Assembly: GCA_964527775.1 (NCBI GenBank)
Contig: CAZGQS010000001.1
Location: 126,039-190,038, forward strand
DNA length: 64,000 nt
Source: an uncultured Rhizobium sp.
GTDB lineage: Bacteria > Bacteroidota > Bacteroidia > NS11-12g > UBA955
Direction of reading: 5' to 3'
The translations under genes were made by a program, and so were the position numbers. How positions within the stretch are numbered: position 1 is the stretch's first letter; each line of letters opens with the position of its first letter. A model generated the notes under the pieces. It saw only the letters and a list, made by a program, of their open reading frames with translations. It had not been told where the DNA came from and ran no database searches. This document shows, in pieces, positions 10,086 through 19,986 of the stretch.

Positions 10086-10118
10086 TTTGGAAAAAATGAT
10101 GAAAAAAATGTACTTTTG
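10086..10118 (+). promoter_or_regulatory. Candidate Bacteroidota-type promoter (TTTG-N21-TACTTTTG) for the large T9SS cargo gene
   Basis: TTTG at 10086-10089 and TACTTTTG at 10111-10118 match the TAnnTTTG -7 consensus. The motif ends about 50 nt upstream of the ATG at 10171. Confidence 0.45.
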
Positions 10119-10170
10119 GGGCAACGCGAAATTTATAATTCGTGTCAAAGAAGCAATCATCAAAATCAAT

Positions 10171-13100
10171 ATGAGAAGATTTTTACCCTTTTTATTCGCC
10201 ATCCTATTTTTCATAGGGCCAAAAACATCAAATGCAACCCACATGATGGGAGCAGATATGAGTTACAGATGTTTGGGTAACGGCAAGTACAAAATCACCT
10301 TTAAAATTTATCGCGACTGTCGTGGTATTTCGTTCAGTGGACCTGCATTCGGTGCTTTCGCTGGACTCAACGGCGGTAACGGTTGCGGAAGCGTTTCTTT
10401 AGGTGGGGTTACCCGAACAGGAATTAGAGACGTAACAACCCGTTGTTCTTCAGCTACCAGTCCTTGTAGTCCTTCAAATACATACGGAACAGGTAAAGGC
10501 GTAGAGGAACATACCTTTGAAGTTACTATTGACTTTGGTTCATCGCCATTAAGTCAATTTGTAAATAAAAGCTCATGTTGCGAGGTGACTTTTTACACTG
10601 GTCAGTGTTGTAGAAATGGTGCGATCACCACGGGTGCATCGAATCAAGACTTCTACACTACTTGTATGATCAACATTTGTAACATCAAGAAAACCACAAA
10701 TAAATGTAACAGTAGCCCTCAGCTTTCTAATGAGCCTGTAGGTTTCTTATGCTGTAATACACCTTGGTACTACAATAACGGTGCGATTGATACGGTTGAT
10801 TTTGACTCTATTTCTTATAACCTAGTAAAAGGTTTACGCGGTTTACCAAATAACGCAGTACCTTATTCTTCTCCTTTTACAGATCAATACCCCATTACTC
10901 CATTTTGTATTCCACCAACAACCATTAAATGCGATCCTAGACCCAATTTGGTTCCCCCACGTGGATTCTACTTTGATACTACCAACGGTGATATCATCGT
11001 AACACCTACTAAGTGTGATGAAGTTCCAATCTTGGTTATTCAGCAAACCGAGTGGCGGCAAGATAGTGCTACTGGTAAATGGATAGTTGTGGGAAGAACA
11101 CGTCGTGATATGCAGATGTGGGTACTTGATGAGTGTGGTTACAATAAACCACCCATTATTAATGGGCCTTTCTCTTGGAACATCTGTGAAGGAGATAAGA
11201 TTTGTAAGAAAATTAAAATTACAGATGAAACCTTTACACCAAATCAAAAGACCCCTGATACTGTACTTGCAAAATGGAACGGTGGTATCCCAGGAGGTAC
11301 TTTCACTGTGGTAGATCCAACCAAACGTGAAAAAGAATATGAATTTTGTTGGCAAACCAAACGTGGCGACGCGTCTGAAGTATCTTATTCATTTACAGTA
11401 AATGCAACAGACCAGCACTGTACACCTCCTATGAACTCTATCCGAAGCTTCAAGGTTAAAGTAAATCCTCGCGCTGAAGCAGTTAGAAAATACGATACAC
11501 TGAAATGCGGTAGGTTTGCCTTTACCTCGGTCTTACCCGCTAATTTCAAGAGTAAGGCAACTTATTTATGGAGTGTCAGAGACTCTAGCGGTAGAGAATT
11601 GAAATACAGCACAAAGATGTCTGACTCCATGAATTACTATTGGGGTGGAAAATACATCTTCGTTCATACCATCAACAATTCGTTCAATTGCCCAACAGTT
11701 TATGCTGACACTGTTGAATTCCCAGCGCCCCCTAAAGCAGTTTTAGCTACAGCAGATACTTTCGCGTGTTTGAATACAAACATGACTTTGAAACCAAACA
11801 TCTTACATGCCAAATCTCCCTACAAATATTACTGGACACGTTGGAAGATGACCCCAGATAGCACTAAAACTTCATATACCATGACCAATGAGCTTCACGT
11901 TAATGGTGATACGTTGGAAACAATGAAGGTGAATAAGGTAGTTTCTGACTCAATCATTCGTGTAAGAATTACTGACGGCGATGGTTGCAGATTCTGGGAT
12001 ACCGCGGTGATCTGGTTAAAACCTTTACCCAAAGTAGATCTAGGTAAAGATCAAAGAATATGTACTTATGAGATTGCCACGTTTGACGCTCAAAACAACG
12101 ATACATTAGATTACTTCTGGAGTTCCGGTGATACTACACAAATCGTTTACAAAAATGTAGCAGGTCAATACACCGTAAAACTGGTGGATAGAACTTTCAA
12201 GTGCGAAAGAACAGATACCATCAATCTATATGTAAATGATACTGTGGTCGCCATTGCTGGAGCTGATCAGATAATTTGTCATCAGAAATCTGCCACATTA
12301 CAAGGTCAACACAAGCCTTACAATCAAACAGCCATCTACCAATGGAAGAATTTGACTCAGAATACAACTCTAGGTGCAAATTTTGAATATGTTGTTTCTC
12401 CAAAGAATACCAATCCCAATGGTGGATCTGCCCAGAACTTCAACTATCAATTCTATTCTAAAGTGACTCAATCAGGTCATACATGCGAAGATTATGATAC
12501 CATGACGGTAAAAGTCAATACTCTACCAATTGTAACTTGGACAAAGAAGCCTTTGCCTCCTCAATGTTATGACTATGGAGATATTGAACTAAACAGCTTC
12601 TTAAACGTTGGTAAAACTAATGGTGTGAGAATGTGGTCTGGTACCTTGCAAAAGAAAGATCAATACGTTGATAGTGTAACTGCTACTCGTCATTTGTTCA
12701 AAACAACCTTGTTAGACAATTCAAAACTTCAAAATGGACAAAATTATCAAGCTAAAGTTTATGGATGGTTCAAAGACACTAACGGTTGTGTAAATTATGA
12801 TTCAGCTATCCAAAGAATCAACGGAAACCCAATACTTCAATTAACTCCAAAGATCTATTGCCAAGACCTTGGTGAGACTTCTATGGATAATAACGTGATA
12901 CGTCCTAAAACCAAAGCAGGTATCAAATGGACATGGGAAGTAAAAACAGTTCCATCTGGTGTTGATGCAAATAATGTGCTGTATAATAACAATCCCTTTG
13001 GTACACCCGATTTCAGATTTAGATTTGGAGATCCAACGGAAGACTTCTACATGGGTAGGTACCATTACAGTCTGTGTATTGAAGACGTAATCACTGGTTG

Positions 13101-14805
13101 TAGAAGTTGCGATACAGTATCAAATGTTATTATTCCTGAGCCTACAGTGAAAGTGTTAACTCCAGATCCTGTATGTGTAAACTGGGATACCATTAACTTA
13201 AATGACTATGTGACTGTAAATGGTAATCCTGGAGCACCTGGCGATGGTGGGGTTTATCAAATTACGGAAGTTGATTACAGCAAATCAGACCCAAGAGTTG
13301 GAAAAGCATTGCCTAAAGGTCATTTGTTCCCACCAAGCTTTGGACCCGGAACATATAAAATCCTTTATAGCAATGATGGAACAGGCTGTATGAAAAGAGA
13401 TTCGTTCTACATGTATGTAAATGATACTCCTGATGCAGTACTTCTTAACCCATTAACATTGTGTAGCAATAGTTCACCATTAGAATTGAATACTCGTATA
13501 GATATGAGTAAGACCAAGCCAACTTCGGGTATTGCTACTTGGGAAGGCGTTAATTTGAATGGTTCTAAGTTTAACCCAGTTACAACTTACACTGCTGCAA
13601 TTGAAGGACCATATGCCCTTAAACTTGCATACAGAGATAACAACGGTTGCGCTGATACTGAAATTTATTACGTCTCTGTTCGTACTCAACCCGAGATAGA
13701 AATTACAACAGTGAATCCATATCCTCAGTGCGAAAATTCACCTTTCCCTGTTCAAAGTGTAAGTAAGTGGAGTAACAATAACGTAAATTGGCAGGTGGTT
13801 AAAGGATCTGATGGATCTGTAGATAATGCCTCTTCAGAAAACATTGTTTATACACATGGTGCAAATGATGCTGCAAACAAACAAGCGTTCTTGAAAGTTT
13901 CCACTGTTCCTTTCACGAATGATGTGTGTCCGTCAGTGTCTGATTCAATTCTTATTGTAATCCATCCATATCCAGTTCTTGAGCCACTTTCTAAGTTTGA
14001 TGGTTGTGTACCTTTATCAACTGACTGGTTTGTCACTGAATCTAAGGGTATTCCCCAAAATCAATTGAGTTATGTTTGGACATTTGGAAATGGAGATACA
14101 TCCTATGTTTCTAATCCATCTGGGGTGTTATATCCAACTCAAGGTAGATACAATGTAAAGGTTACTGTTACCAACAATACTCCGGACGGTGGACAATGCG
14201 CTACAACAATAGATGGCCCAGACCATGTTGAAGCATATCCATTGCCAGATGCATACTTTGAAACAGATCCTTCATATTCTACAACGGTGGCATTACCTAA
14301 GTTCACCATGTTGAATAAGAGTACAATTCAAGCTGTTCCATTTAACCCAACTATGAGTTATGTTTGGAATTTTGGAACAGGTAAATCTACAGATACAGCA
14401 ATGAGTGAAGGACCAAGATTTGCTTATTCTCGTGATACTGGTATTTACAGAATTCTATTGACGGTTACTTCCAACCATGGATGTGTTGATACCTTCTCGA
14501 GAGCTGTACATATTGGACCTGACATTATAGTCTTCATTCCAGACGTGTTTACTCCAAACAGTGAAGGTCCTAATAAGAATGAAACATTTAACCCTGTAGC
14601 TACAAACTTCAAAACCTTTAATATGTTGATTTTCAACCGTTGGGGAGAGAAGTTATACGAAACCAATAATCCACTCAACGGATGGGATGGTAGAGATGCT
14701 CAAGGTGTAGATTGTCAACAAGGTGTTTATGTTTATCATGTTGTTGTAACTTCATTTGAAGACGAAGAATATGTCTTTGATGGTACCATTACCTTATTGC
14801 GATAA
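10171..14805 (+). CDS. Very large secreted/surface protein with a T9SS type B (gliding motility-associated) C-terminal sorting domain
   Basis: Start at the ATG at 10171 (signal peptide MRRFLPFLFAILFFIGPKTSNA). Cys-rich N-terminal module, many Ig/PKD-like repeats (WTFGNGDTS...YNVKVTVTN; WNFGTGKS...YRILLTVTS). C-terminus IVFIPDVFTPNSEGPNKNETFNPV...FNRWGEKLYE...GWDGR...GVYVYHVVV. Confidence 0.85.
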   Translation: MRRFLPFLFAILFFIGPKTSNATHMMGADMSYRCLGNGKYKITFKIYRDCRGISFSGPAFGAFAGLNGGNGCGSVSLGGVTRTGIRDVTTRCSSATSPCSPSNTYGTGKGVEEHTFEVTIDFGSSPLSQFVNKSSCCEVTFYTGQCCRNGAITTGASNQDFYTTCMINICNIKKTTNKCNSSPQLSNEPVGFLCCNTPWYYNNGAIDTVDFDSISYNLVKGLRGLPNNAVPYSSPFTDQYPITPFCIPPTTIKCDPRPNLVPPRGFYFDTTNGDIIVTPTKCDEVPILVIQQTEWRQDSATGKWIVVGRTRRDMQMWVLDECGYNKPPIINGPFSWNICEGDKICKKIKITDETFTPNQKTPDTVLAKWNGGIPGGTFTVVDPTKREKEYEFCWQTKRGDASEVSYSFTVNATDQHCTPPMNSIRSFKVKVNPRAEAVRKYDTLKCGRFAFTSVLPANFKSKATYLWSVRDSSGRELKYSTKMSDSMNYYWGGKYIFVHTINNSFNCPTVYADTVEFPAPPKAVLATADTFACLNTNMTLKPNILHAKSPYKYYWTRWKMTPDSTKTSYTMTNELHVNGDTLETMKVNKVVSDSIIRVRITDGDGCRFWDTAVIWLKPLPKVDLGKDQRICTYEIATFDAQNNDTLDYFWSSGDTTQIVYKNVAGQYTVKLVDRTFKCERTDTINLYVNDTVVAIAGADQIICHQKSATLQGQHKPYNQTAIYQWKNLTQNTTLGANFEYVVSPKNTNPNGGSAQNFNYQFYSKVTQSGHTCEDYDTMTVKVNTLPIVTWTKKPLPPQCYDYGDIELNSFLNVGKTNGVRMWSGTLQKKDQYVDSVTATRHLFKTTLLDNSKLQNGQNYQAKVYGWFKDTNGCVNYDSAIQRINGNPILQLTPKIYCQDLGETSMDNNVIRPKTKAGIKWTWEVKTVPSGVDANNVLYNNNPFGTPDFRFRFGDPTEDFYMGRYHYSLCIEDVITGCRSCDTVSNVIIPEPTVKVLTPDPVCVNWDTINLNDYVTVNGNPGAPGDGGVYQITEVDYSKSDPRVGKALPKGHLFPPSFGPGTYKILYSNDGTGCMKRDSFYMYVNDTPDAVLLNPLTLCSNSSPLELNTRIDMSKTKPTSGIATWEGVNLNGSKFNPVTTYTAAIEGPYALKLAYRDNNGCADTEIYYVSVRTQPEIEITTVNPYPQCENSPFPVQSVSKWSNNNVNWQVVKGSDGSVDNASSENIVYTHGANDAANKQAFLKVSTVPFTNDVCPSVSDSILIVIHPYPVLEPLSKFDGCVPLSTDWFVTESKGIPQNQLSYVWTFGNGDTSYVSNPSGVLYPTQGRYNVKVTVTNNTPDGGQCATTIDGPDHVEAYPLPDAYFETDPSYSTTVALPKFTMLNKSTIQAVPFNPTMSYVWNFGTGKSTDTAMSEGPRFAYSRDTGIYRILLTVTSNHGCVDTFSRAVHIGPDIIVFIPDVFTPNSEGPNKNETFNPVATNFKTFNMLIFNRWGEKLYETNNPLNGWDGRDAQGVDCQQGVYVYHVVVTSFEDEEYVFDGTITLLR

Positions 14806-14825
14806 GATACATACCAAGAATAAAA

Positions 14826-14857
14826 GAAAAGCCACCTCAAAAAGGTGGTTTTTTTTA
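14826..14857. terminator. Bidirectional rho-independent terminator between convergent genes
   Basis: Stem CCACCT (14832-14837) / AGGTGG (14843-14848) with loop CAAAA. It is flanked by an A-rich run upstream and T9 downstream (14849-14857). Confidence 0.7.
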
Positions 14858-14877
14858 TAAATCAAAAATCAATATAA

Positions 14878-16122
14878 TTAGAAATATCTTAAAGCATCTG
14901 CTACCGTAAATGTGCTTCCACCAATGAAGATGATAGAATCATTGTTTTGAGCTAATAACGTTGCCTTCTCTAAAGCGTCAAGCATGTTCTGACATTCAAT
15001 GGCTTTCAATCCTAATTTATTGAATTCTTGAGTCATCAAAGTAGAATTGTAACCACGCTGGACTTGAGGTTTTACAACTAAATATGTTGAATCTATTGGC
15101 AAAAGGGATAATATCTTTTCACGATCTTTATCTTTTACCATGCCCCAAATGAAAATGATGTCTTGAGTTTTCTTAAGTGTAATTAACTGATCAACAATGA
15201 ACCTAACACCATCTTCATTGTGCCCAGTATCACAAATAATTGTTGGATTTTGTTGGATGATTTCCCATCGTCCGCGTAAACCACTCAATTTCACAATATT
15301 TGAAATACCCAGTTGAATAAGAGATTCATCAAGAACCACTCCCATAGTTTTCAGTACTTCAACGGCGGTGAATATTGTTGATATATTTAATTGCTGATAT
15401 TTCCCTTTTAACTCAAAATTCTGGTACCAATCAGATGGAGCATCTATACTTAATAAGGCATCACTCCCAGAAGATTCAGCTTGGTTTAATATAACATTCA
15501 GCGCTTGACTGGGAATATCTCGCTGAATAACGGTGGGAGAGGTGCCTTTAATGATTCCAGCTTTCTCAAATGCTATTTGCTCTAACTGTTCTCCCAACAA
15601 ATCCATATGATCGAATCCAATGGAAGTAATCACTTTCAAATCGCCTTCAATCACATTGGTAGAATCCAACCGTCCGCCCAAACCAACTTCAATGATGCCC
15701 CAGTCAATTTGTTGTTGTTTGAAATATTGAAAGGCCATAGCCACCGTAATTTCAAAAAACGACGGTTTAATATCTAAAACCAACTGCCTTACAGATTCAA
15801 CAAAATCTATGACAAACTCTTCCGAAATACATTCCCCGTTGATTCTAATTCTTTCTCTAAAGTCAATTAAATGAGGAGAGGTATATAATCCGGTTTTATA
15901 TCCGTTAGAGGTTAAAATAGCCGCTAAACTACTTGAAACAGAGCCTTTACCATTGGTGCCTGCTACATGTATCCATTTGGTAGGTACATTTAAATGAGGA
16001 TTACCTAAAGCATCTAGTAATAAAACTGTATTCGTAATATCTGTTTTATAAGCAGATTTGCCTTCGTTTTGAAACATAGGCAATTGGCTAAACAAGAAGT
16101 CAAGCGATTCTTGATAGTTCAC
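14878..16122 (-). CDS. folC: Bifunctional folylpolyglutamate synthase / dihydrofolate synthase
   Basis: Mur-ligase P-loop HVAGTNGKGS, TSPHLIDFRERI and the overall FolC layout. GTG start. Confidence 0.85.
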   Translation of the reverse strand: MNYQESLDFLFSQLPMFQNEGKSAYKTDITNTVLLLDALGNPHLNVPTKWIHVAGTNGKGSVSSSLAAILTSNGYKTGLYTSPHLIDFRERIRINGECISEEFVIDFVESVRQLVLDIKPSFFEITVAMAFQYFKQQQIDWGIIEVGLGGRLDSTNVIEGDLKVITSIGFDHMDLLGEQLEQIAFEKAGIIKGTSPTVIQRDIPSQALNVILNQAESSGSDALLSIDAPSDWYQNFELKGKYQQLNISTIFTAVEVLKTMGVVLDESLIQLGISNIVKLSGLRGRWEIIQQNPTIICDTGHNEDGVRFIVDQLITLKKTQDIIFIWGMVKDKDREKILSLLPIDSTYLVVKPQVQRGYNSTLMTQEFNKLGLKAIECQNMLDALEKATLLAQNNDSIIFIGGSTFTVADALRYF

Positions 16123-16131
16123 GGAACTAAA

Positions 16132-16977
16132 TTAATTGGATATGGTATTTTTTACATTTAAGGAAATTCTGCCTGTTTCTGGACATTTATCTCCTACACG
16201 GGTAAAAGTTGTTTTTGAGATAAAATATTCCATGGCCTGCTTGGCATCGGTATCTAATCCTTGGAAATTACTAGAAGGCAATAAGCGCTTAAATCGAGCA
16301 TTTCCATTGCAATCTACAGTTACTTCAGCATCAATGGTACCTCTTAACTTTTCTTTTAACTCTCGAACATTGCTATTCACACTGTAGTTTGCAAATCCAG
16401 AAGCTGTAAAAAAACCATTTCCAGTGTTTTTGGTTACACGGGTTCCGCCGTTACCAAGAATACCTCCTGTATTAGCTCCGCCGCCAAATCCAACATTGCC
16501 TTGACCTCCTTCAACGCCTTTGGGTGATCCATTTCCTTCCGTACCGCGTTTTCCAATTTTTGATTGTAGTCCGGCCAATCGAGAATTAACTTGAGGTGTT
16601 TTACTCGCTGGAGGGTCAATTGGAGGTAAGCCCGTTTCAACACTTTGATCTGCTGTATTTACAATATCGCCATAACCACCAGTTTGAACCGCGTTTGGTG
16701 TAGATGTTGTGGTAGATGGTTCTGAAGCACCTCCACCTAATTCCGGTGGAAAGTCAGACGGACCTCCTTCGTTGGGGCTTCCCAATGAAACTTCCTCCAG
16801 TCCAAAATCAAGCATCAATTCACCTGTTTTATTCTCAAACGGGGGATTAGGAACTCTGATATGGAGTAAATACATGGCGGCAGTGATGATCAACGAAATG
16901 ATTAAGCTGATAATTGCAGCCGCTGTGCGTTGTTGGGTTGTCGTTCCCAATGTATTTTCGATAACATATTTCCTCAT
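16132..16977 (-). CDS. TonB-like energy transducer family protein
   Basis: N-terminal TM anchor (AAAIISLIISLIITAAMYLL), a Pro/Gly-rich spacer and a C-terminal about 80-aa domain (GTIDAEVTVDCNGNARFKRL...GLDTDAKQAMEYF) resembling the TonB C-terminal fold. Confidence 0.5.
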   Translation of the reverse strand: MRKYVIENTLGTTTQQRTAAAIISLIISLIITAAMYLLHIRVPNPPFENKTGELMLDFGLEEVSLGSPNEGGPSDFPPELGGGASEPSTTTSTPNAVQTGGYGDIVNTADQSVETGLPPIDPPASKTPQVNSRLAGLQSKIGKRGTEGNGSPKGVEGGQGNVGFGGGANTGGILGNGGTRVTKNTGNGFFTASGFANYSVNSNVRELKEKLRGTIDAEVTVDCNGNARFKRLLPSSNFQGLDTDAKQAMEYFISKTTFTRVGDKCPETGRISLNVKNTISN

Positions 16978-16987
16978 GGGAATTTAT

Positions 16988-18094
16988 TTATTGAAGGTGA
17001 AGGTTTTGAACAGAAATGCTTTGCGTAGGTTGATCTTTAATACTAACGGCAAAATCACTTGCATCTTTTTCAGTTTCAAAACGTTTTAATATAATTTTGA
17101 GCAAACTACTATTCTTAACTCTAATATAGGTAGAAGAATATCCTAATTTATCCCAGTGTTTGCACTCCAACTGAGCAGCACTTTCTGTCATATAAGAACC
17201 ACCTACCACAAAATATCTTCCGACATTTTTAACGATGTCTGACCTATATTCATCAATGGTAAAATGCAATGATGCCGAATTTGAATCAATTGAAGTTGAA
17301 GATGAGGCAGCAATTGAGTCGGATTTCGCTATTACTTTAGATTTCGTGCTGATTAATTTACCATTAACCATAATGAATTCGGGGCCTTCATTATTTACAT
17401 GTGGAACAGGTATTTGGCTTGCTGTTTGTTGATTGCTCAATACATGTTTCCAGCTTAGGGACATTAAATAAATGGCACCTGCAGATACACTTAACAAGGC
17501 AACGCTCGCTGCAACATTCCAAAATCTTAAACCTCTATGACGCTCAATGGTCTGATCTAACAATTCTTCGTCAATACTAACAATCTTCGCATCTTCAGCC
17601 TGTTTTTCTTCCAAAATTGGCGGTGATACTATGGTAACAGGCTCGTTTTTTGTTTCTTGGGACAGTGATTTGACCTCCCATTTTAATGGCATCAAACCGA
17701 ACGCATTGGCGTGTAGGTTGGATTGGTTTCGACCAACAAAAAAAATTCCCGATGTAGGATTGAAAAAGAAATTACCTAATGAGCCAAAGCTAAAGTACTT
17801 TTTTTGAATCAATTGACTTTTAAGTACTGCAACTTCATCCTTTATTAATTGAACGGCTTCTTTATAGGAGGAGCCCGTGTGATTAATTACGCATTCAACT
17901 AGAAAAGAGTCTTCATTGCTGAATTTTGTTGAGAATATCAATTGCGAATGCCTAGGCTTGTATTCACGATTTACCGAATTTGCTGTAGACTCTAATTCTC
18001 TTAGGGTGAAACTACCCAAATCCGGTATACTCACGTAGTGGTTTTTAGCCAATACTTGTAGTACCCATAATTGAAAATTAGAATTTGACATCAT
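16988..18094 (-). CDS. HU-like N-terminal domain / single TM / C-terminal SPOR domain protein
   Basis: N-terminus (VSIPDLGSFTLRE...KPRHSQLIFS) resembles an HU/CCDC81-type fold. Central TM helix (FWNVAASVALLSVSAGAIYLMSL). C-terminus GRYFVVGGSYMTESAAQ...LKRFETEKDASDF is SPOR-like. Confidence 0.55.
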   Translation of the reverse strand: MMSNSNFQLWVLQVLAKNHYVSIPDLGSFTLRELESTANSVNREYKPRHSQLIFSTKFSNEDSFLVECVINHTGSSYKEAVQLIKDEVAVLKSQLIQKKYFSFGSLGNFFFNPTSGIFFVGRNQSNLHANAFGLMPLKWEVKSLSQETKNEPVTIVSPPILEEKQAEDAKIVSIDEELLDQTIERHRGLRFWNVAASVALLSVSAGAIYLMSLSWKHVLSNQQTASQIPVPHVNNEGPEFIMVNGKLISTKSKVIAKSDSIAASSSTSIDSNSASLHFTIDEYRSDIVKNVGRYFVVGGSYMTESAAQLECKHWDKLGYSSTYIRVKNSSLLKIILKRFETEKDASDFAVSIKDQPTQSISVQNLHLQ

Positions 18095-18112
18095 ACAAAT
18101 ATAGATTCTTTA

Positions 18113-19825
18113 TCAAAACAAACCAAGTGAAATACCACCCATTACCGTTATTCCATAATTGGGCATACCATACCACATTTGATAATTTTTATTGAGCAGA
18201 TTACTTCCTTGAATCCAAATTCTCCCTTTTTCCTTGAAACGGTAATCAAGTCGGGCATGAAGATCTAAAACGCTTCCTACAGGATCAACCTTTACCTTGT
18301 TGCTTTCAAGGAGTATTTGATTGTTCCTGTTACCCATGCCAGTCAATCCCACTTTGATTTTAACGGTTTCGATAGGAGTGAAATGTGCGGTGACATCATA
18401 CATGAGGCTGGGTAAGTGCCAATAAACATCGTCAGAACCATAATTCAATACCTTCAGGTTTCCGCTGACTTTGATTTTTTCTCCGAGCAAATATTCTGCA
18501 CCGACTCTAAAATACACAGTAGAAACAGTGTTGTATACGGCTTTAAGTCCTTTAAGTGAATCAATGTTGCTGCGAAGGGTATCTGCTTTGTTAGAAACCG
18601 AAGCAAACATCAATTGATCAATGATTGAGTTTCCACCAAAATCCATGTAGAACAGCGATTGATTGGAGATTTTGCCCTTAATTCCTACAAAAACATTATA
18701 CTGTTCGTAAGAATTTTTTAATACCTGATTTTCAATGAAGAAAGGCATTTGATCATGAATTCTTCTAATGCTATTCTTACGCAATCCACCGTCAAATCCT
18801 CCATACAACTTCATCTCCAATCCGGTAATTCCTTTTTCAAATTCAATATGCGCATTCACATAGGTCTTACTTGAAGCACTATCGAGGGTATTTTGAACGT
18901 GGTTTACATTGATACCTCCAATTACGTTGAAATCAGTAGGCTTATGGTAAAACTTTACCCGGGGGAGAACATCAATAAATAATTGGTTGTTTTTTTGAGC
19001 AAGTCCCGTGTCACTGTGTTGGTTAGTTTGGATGAAATTCGTTGATAAGTCACCAAATATTGAAAATTTCGATAATTTGGAGTTGAATCTTAGCGTAGAT
19101 GCAAGTTCCATTTCTTGGTGTTTGAAATTGGTTTCAAACAATTGAGCAGAATTTAACCACTTGAATTCTGGCTTCTTTCTATTTGCCAAAGAAATATAGT
19201 CTATGTTAAAGCCATAATTTTGAGCTATTTTACCTTTTTCACTGATGGAAAATACTCTATCAGAATTTAACTCCTGCGAAATACTGGTGTCTTTTCCAAA
19301 AAACGTGTGCAAGTCTCTATGATAGAACAATCGGGTAGTGATACTGGAGTTGTTGAAAAACCTAGATCCACTCATATCAACCCTAGTATTTGCCACCTTT
19401 TGATCTCTAACAACGTTGTTGGCATTAAAATGTTGGGCTGACAGATTGTAAGCCCATTTATTGTTAGGTCTATTCGATAGATAAATCTCGCCCAACAAAT
19501 GCGAGTTGTTACCAGCACCTAAGCGAAGGTAATTCGACAAATAAATGCTATCTTGACTTCTTTCTTTGATGATTTCTGGGGATATATTTTGGATGTATTT
19601 CTGAGTTGTCCACGAAAACTGTGGCGTTTTGAAGTCAATATTAATCTTCGGCGCTTCGGTTTGAGGTACGGCAGGCTCAATGTTGATTCGAGAAGCAGAT
19701 ATCAACTTGATGTTTGTGCCAGAAACCACATCTCTACTGCTGTTTTCGAAGCCTTTAGGTTTGTCACCTTGCGCCATCAATTGCCCTGTGCATAGAACAA
19801 ATGCAGAAATTATTGCGTATTTCAT
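18113..19825 (-). CDS. Predicted outer-membrane beta-barrel protein (porin-like, hypothetical)
   Basis: Signal peptide (MKYAIISAFVLCTGQLMAQ), alternating beta-strand-like sequence throughout, and a C-terminal aromatic residue (ISLGLF). Confidence 0.45.
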   Translation of the reverse strand: MKYAIISAFVLCTGQLMAQGDKPKGFENSSRDVVSGTNIKLISASRINIEPAVPQTEAPKINIDFKTPQFSWTTQKYIQNISPEIIKERSQDSIYLSNYLRLGAGNNSHLLGEIYLSNRPNNKWAYNLSAQHFNANNVVRDQKVANTRVDMSGSRFFNNSSITTRLFYHRDLHTFFGKDTSISQELNSDRVFSISEKGKIAQNYGFNIDYISLANRKKPEFKWLNSAQLFETNFKHQEMELASTLRFNSKLSKFSIFGDLSTNFIQTNQHSDTGLAQKNNQLFIDVLPRVKFYHKPTDFNVIGGINVNHVQNTLDSASSKTYVNAHIEFEKGITGLEMKLYGGFDGGLRKNSIRRIHDQMPFFIENQVLKNSYEQYNVFVGIKGKISNQSLFYMDFGGNSIIDQLMFASVSNKADTLRSNIDSLKGLKAVYNTVSTVYFRVGAEYLLGEKIKVSGNLKVLNYGSDDVYWHLPSLMYDVTAHFTPIETVKIKVGLTGMGNRNNQILLESNKVKVDPVGSVLDLHARLDYRFKEKGRIWIQGSNLLNKNYQMWYGMPNYGITVMGGISLGLF

Positions 19826-19940
19826 TCAATGACAAAATTCATGATTATATAATTGTACTTGTACCCCGAAATTCTAGTTGTCTATAAAACTAAACAAGTA
19901 AAAAATGTCACTGAATACTTTGAAAAAAATCAACGAATGC

Positions 19941-19971
19941 CTTGTTTAATTGCAAATTATGGTTAACTTTG
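19941..19971 (+). promoter_or_regulatory. Candidate promoter of rplU-rpmA (CTTG-N19-TAACTTTG)
   Basis: TAACTTTG at 19964-19971 matches TAnnTTTG. A TTG-containing -33-like element lies 19 nt upstream. The ATG at 19987 implies a roughly 10-nt leader. Confidence 0.5.
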
Positions 19972-19986
19972 CAGCCCAATTTCGTC

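Noticed and set aside
9949-10170. N-terminal extension of the 1618-aa ORF upstream of the ATG at 10171
   Set aside because: The extension is antisense to the pepP 5-prime end and runs through the candidate promoter. A clean signal peptide (MRRFLPFLFAILFF...) begins at 10171, so the extension is an ORF-calling artefact.
10843-11355. 170-aa antisense ORF inside the T9SS cargo gene, and similar embedded ORFs (16709-17089, 31291-31743, 51291-51641, 62374-62748)
   Set aside because: All are fully embedded in well-supported genes, lack recognisable motifs or start context, and are the expected long spurious frames.
17738-17745. A8/T8 homopolymer tracts inside coding regions (also about 22086 and about 23993) as possible phase-variation switches
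   Set aside because: Runs of 7-9 A or T are expected in a genome this AT-rich. They encode ordinary Lys/Phe stretches, and none sits in the surface-protein genes where phase variation would be meaningful.
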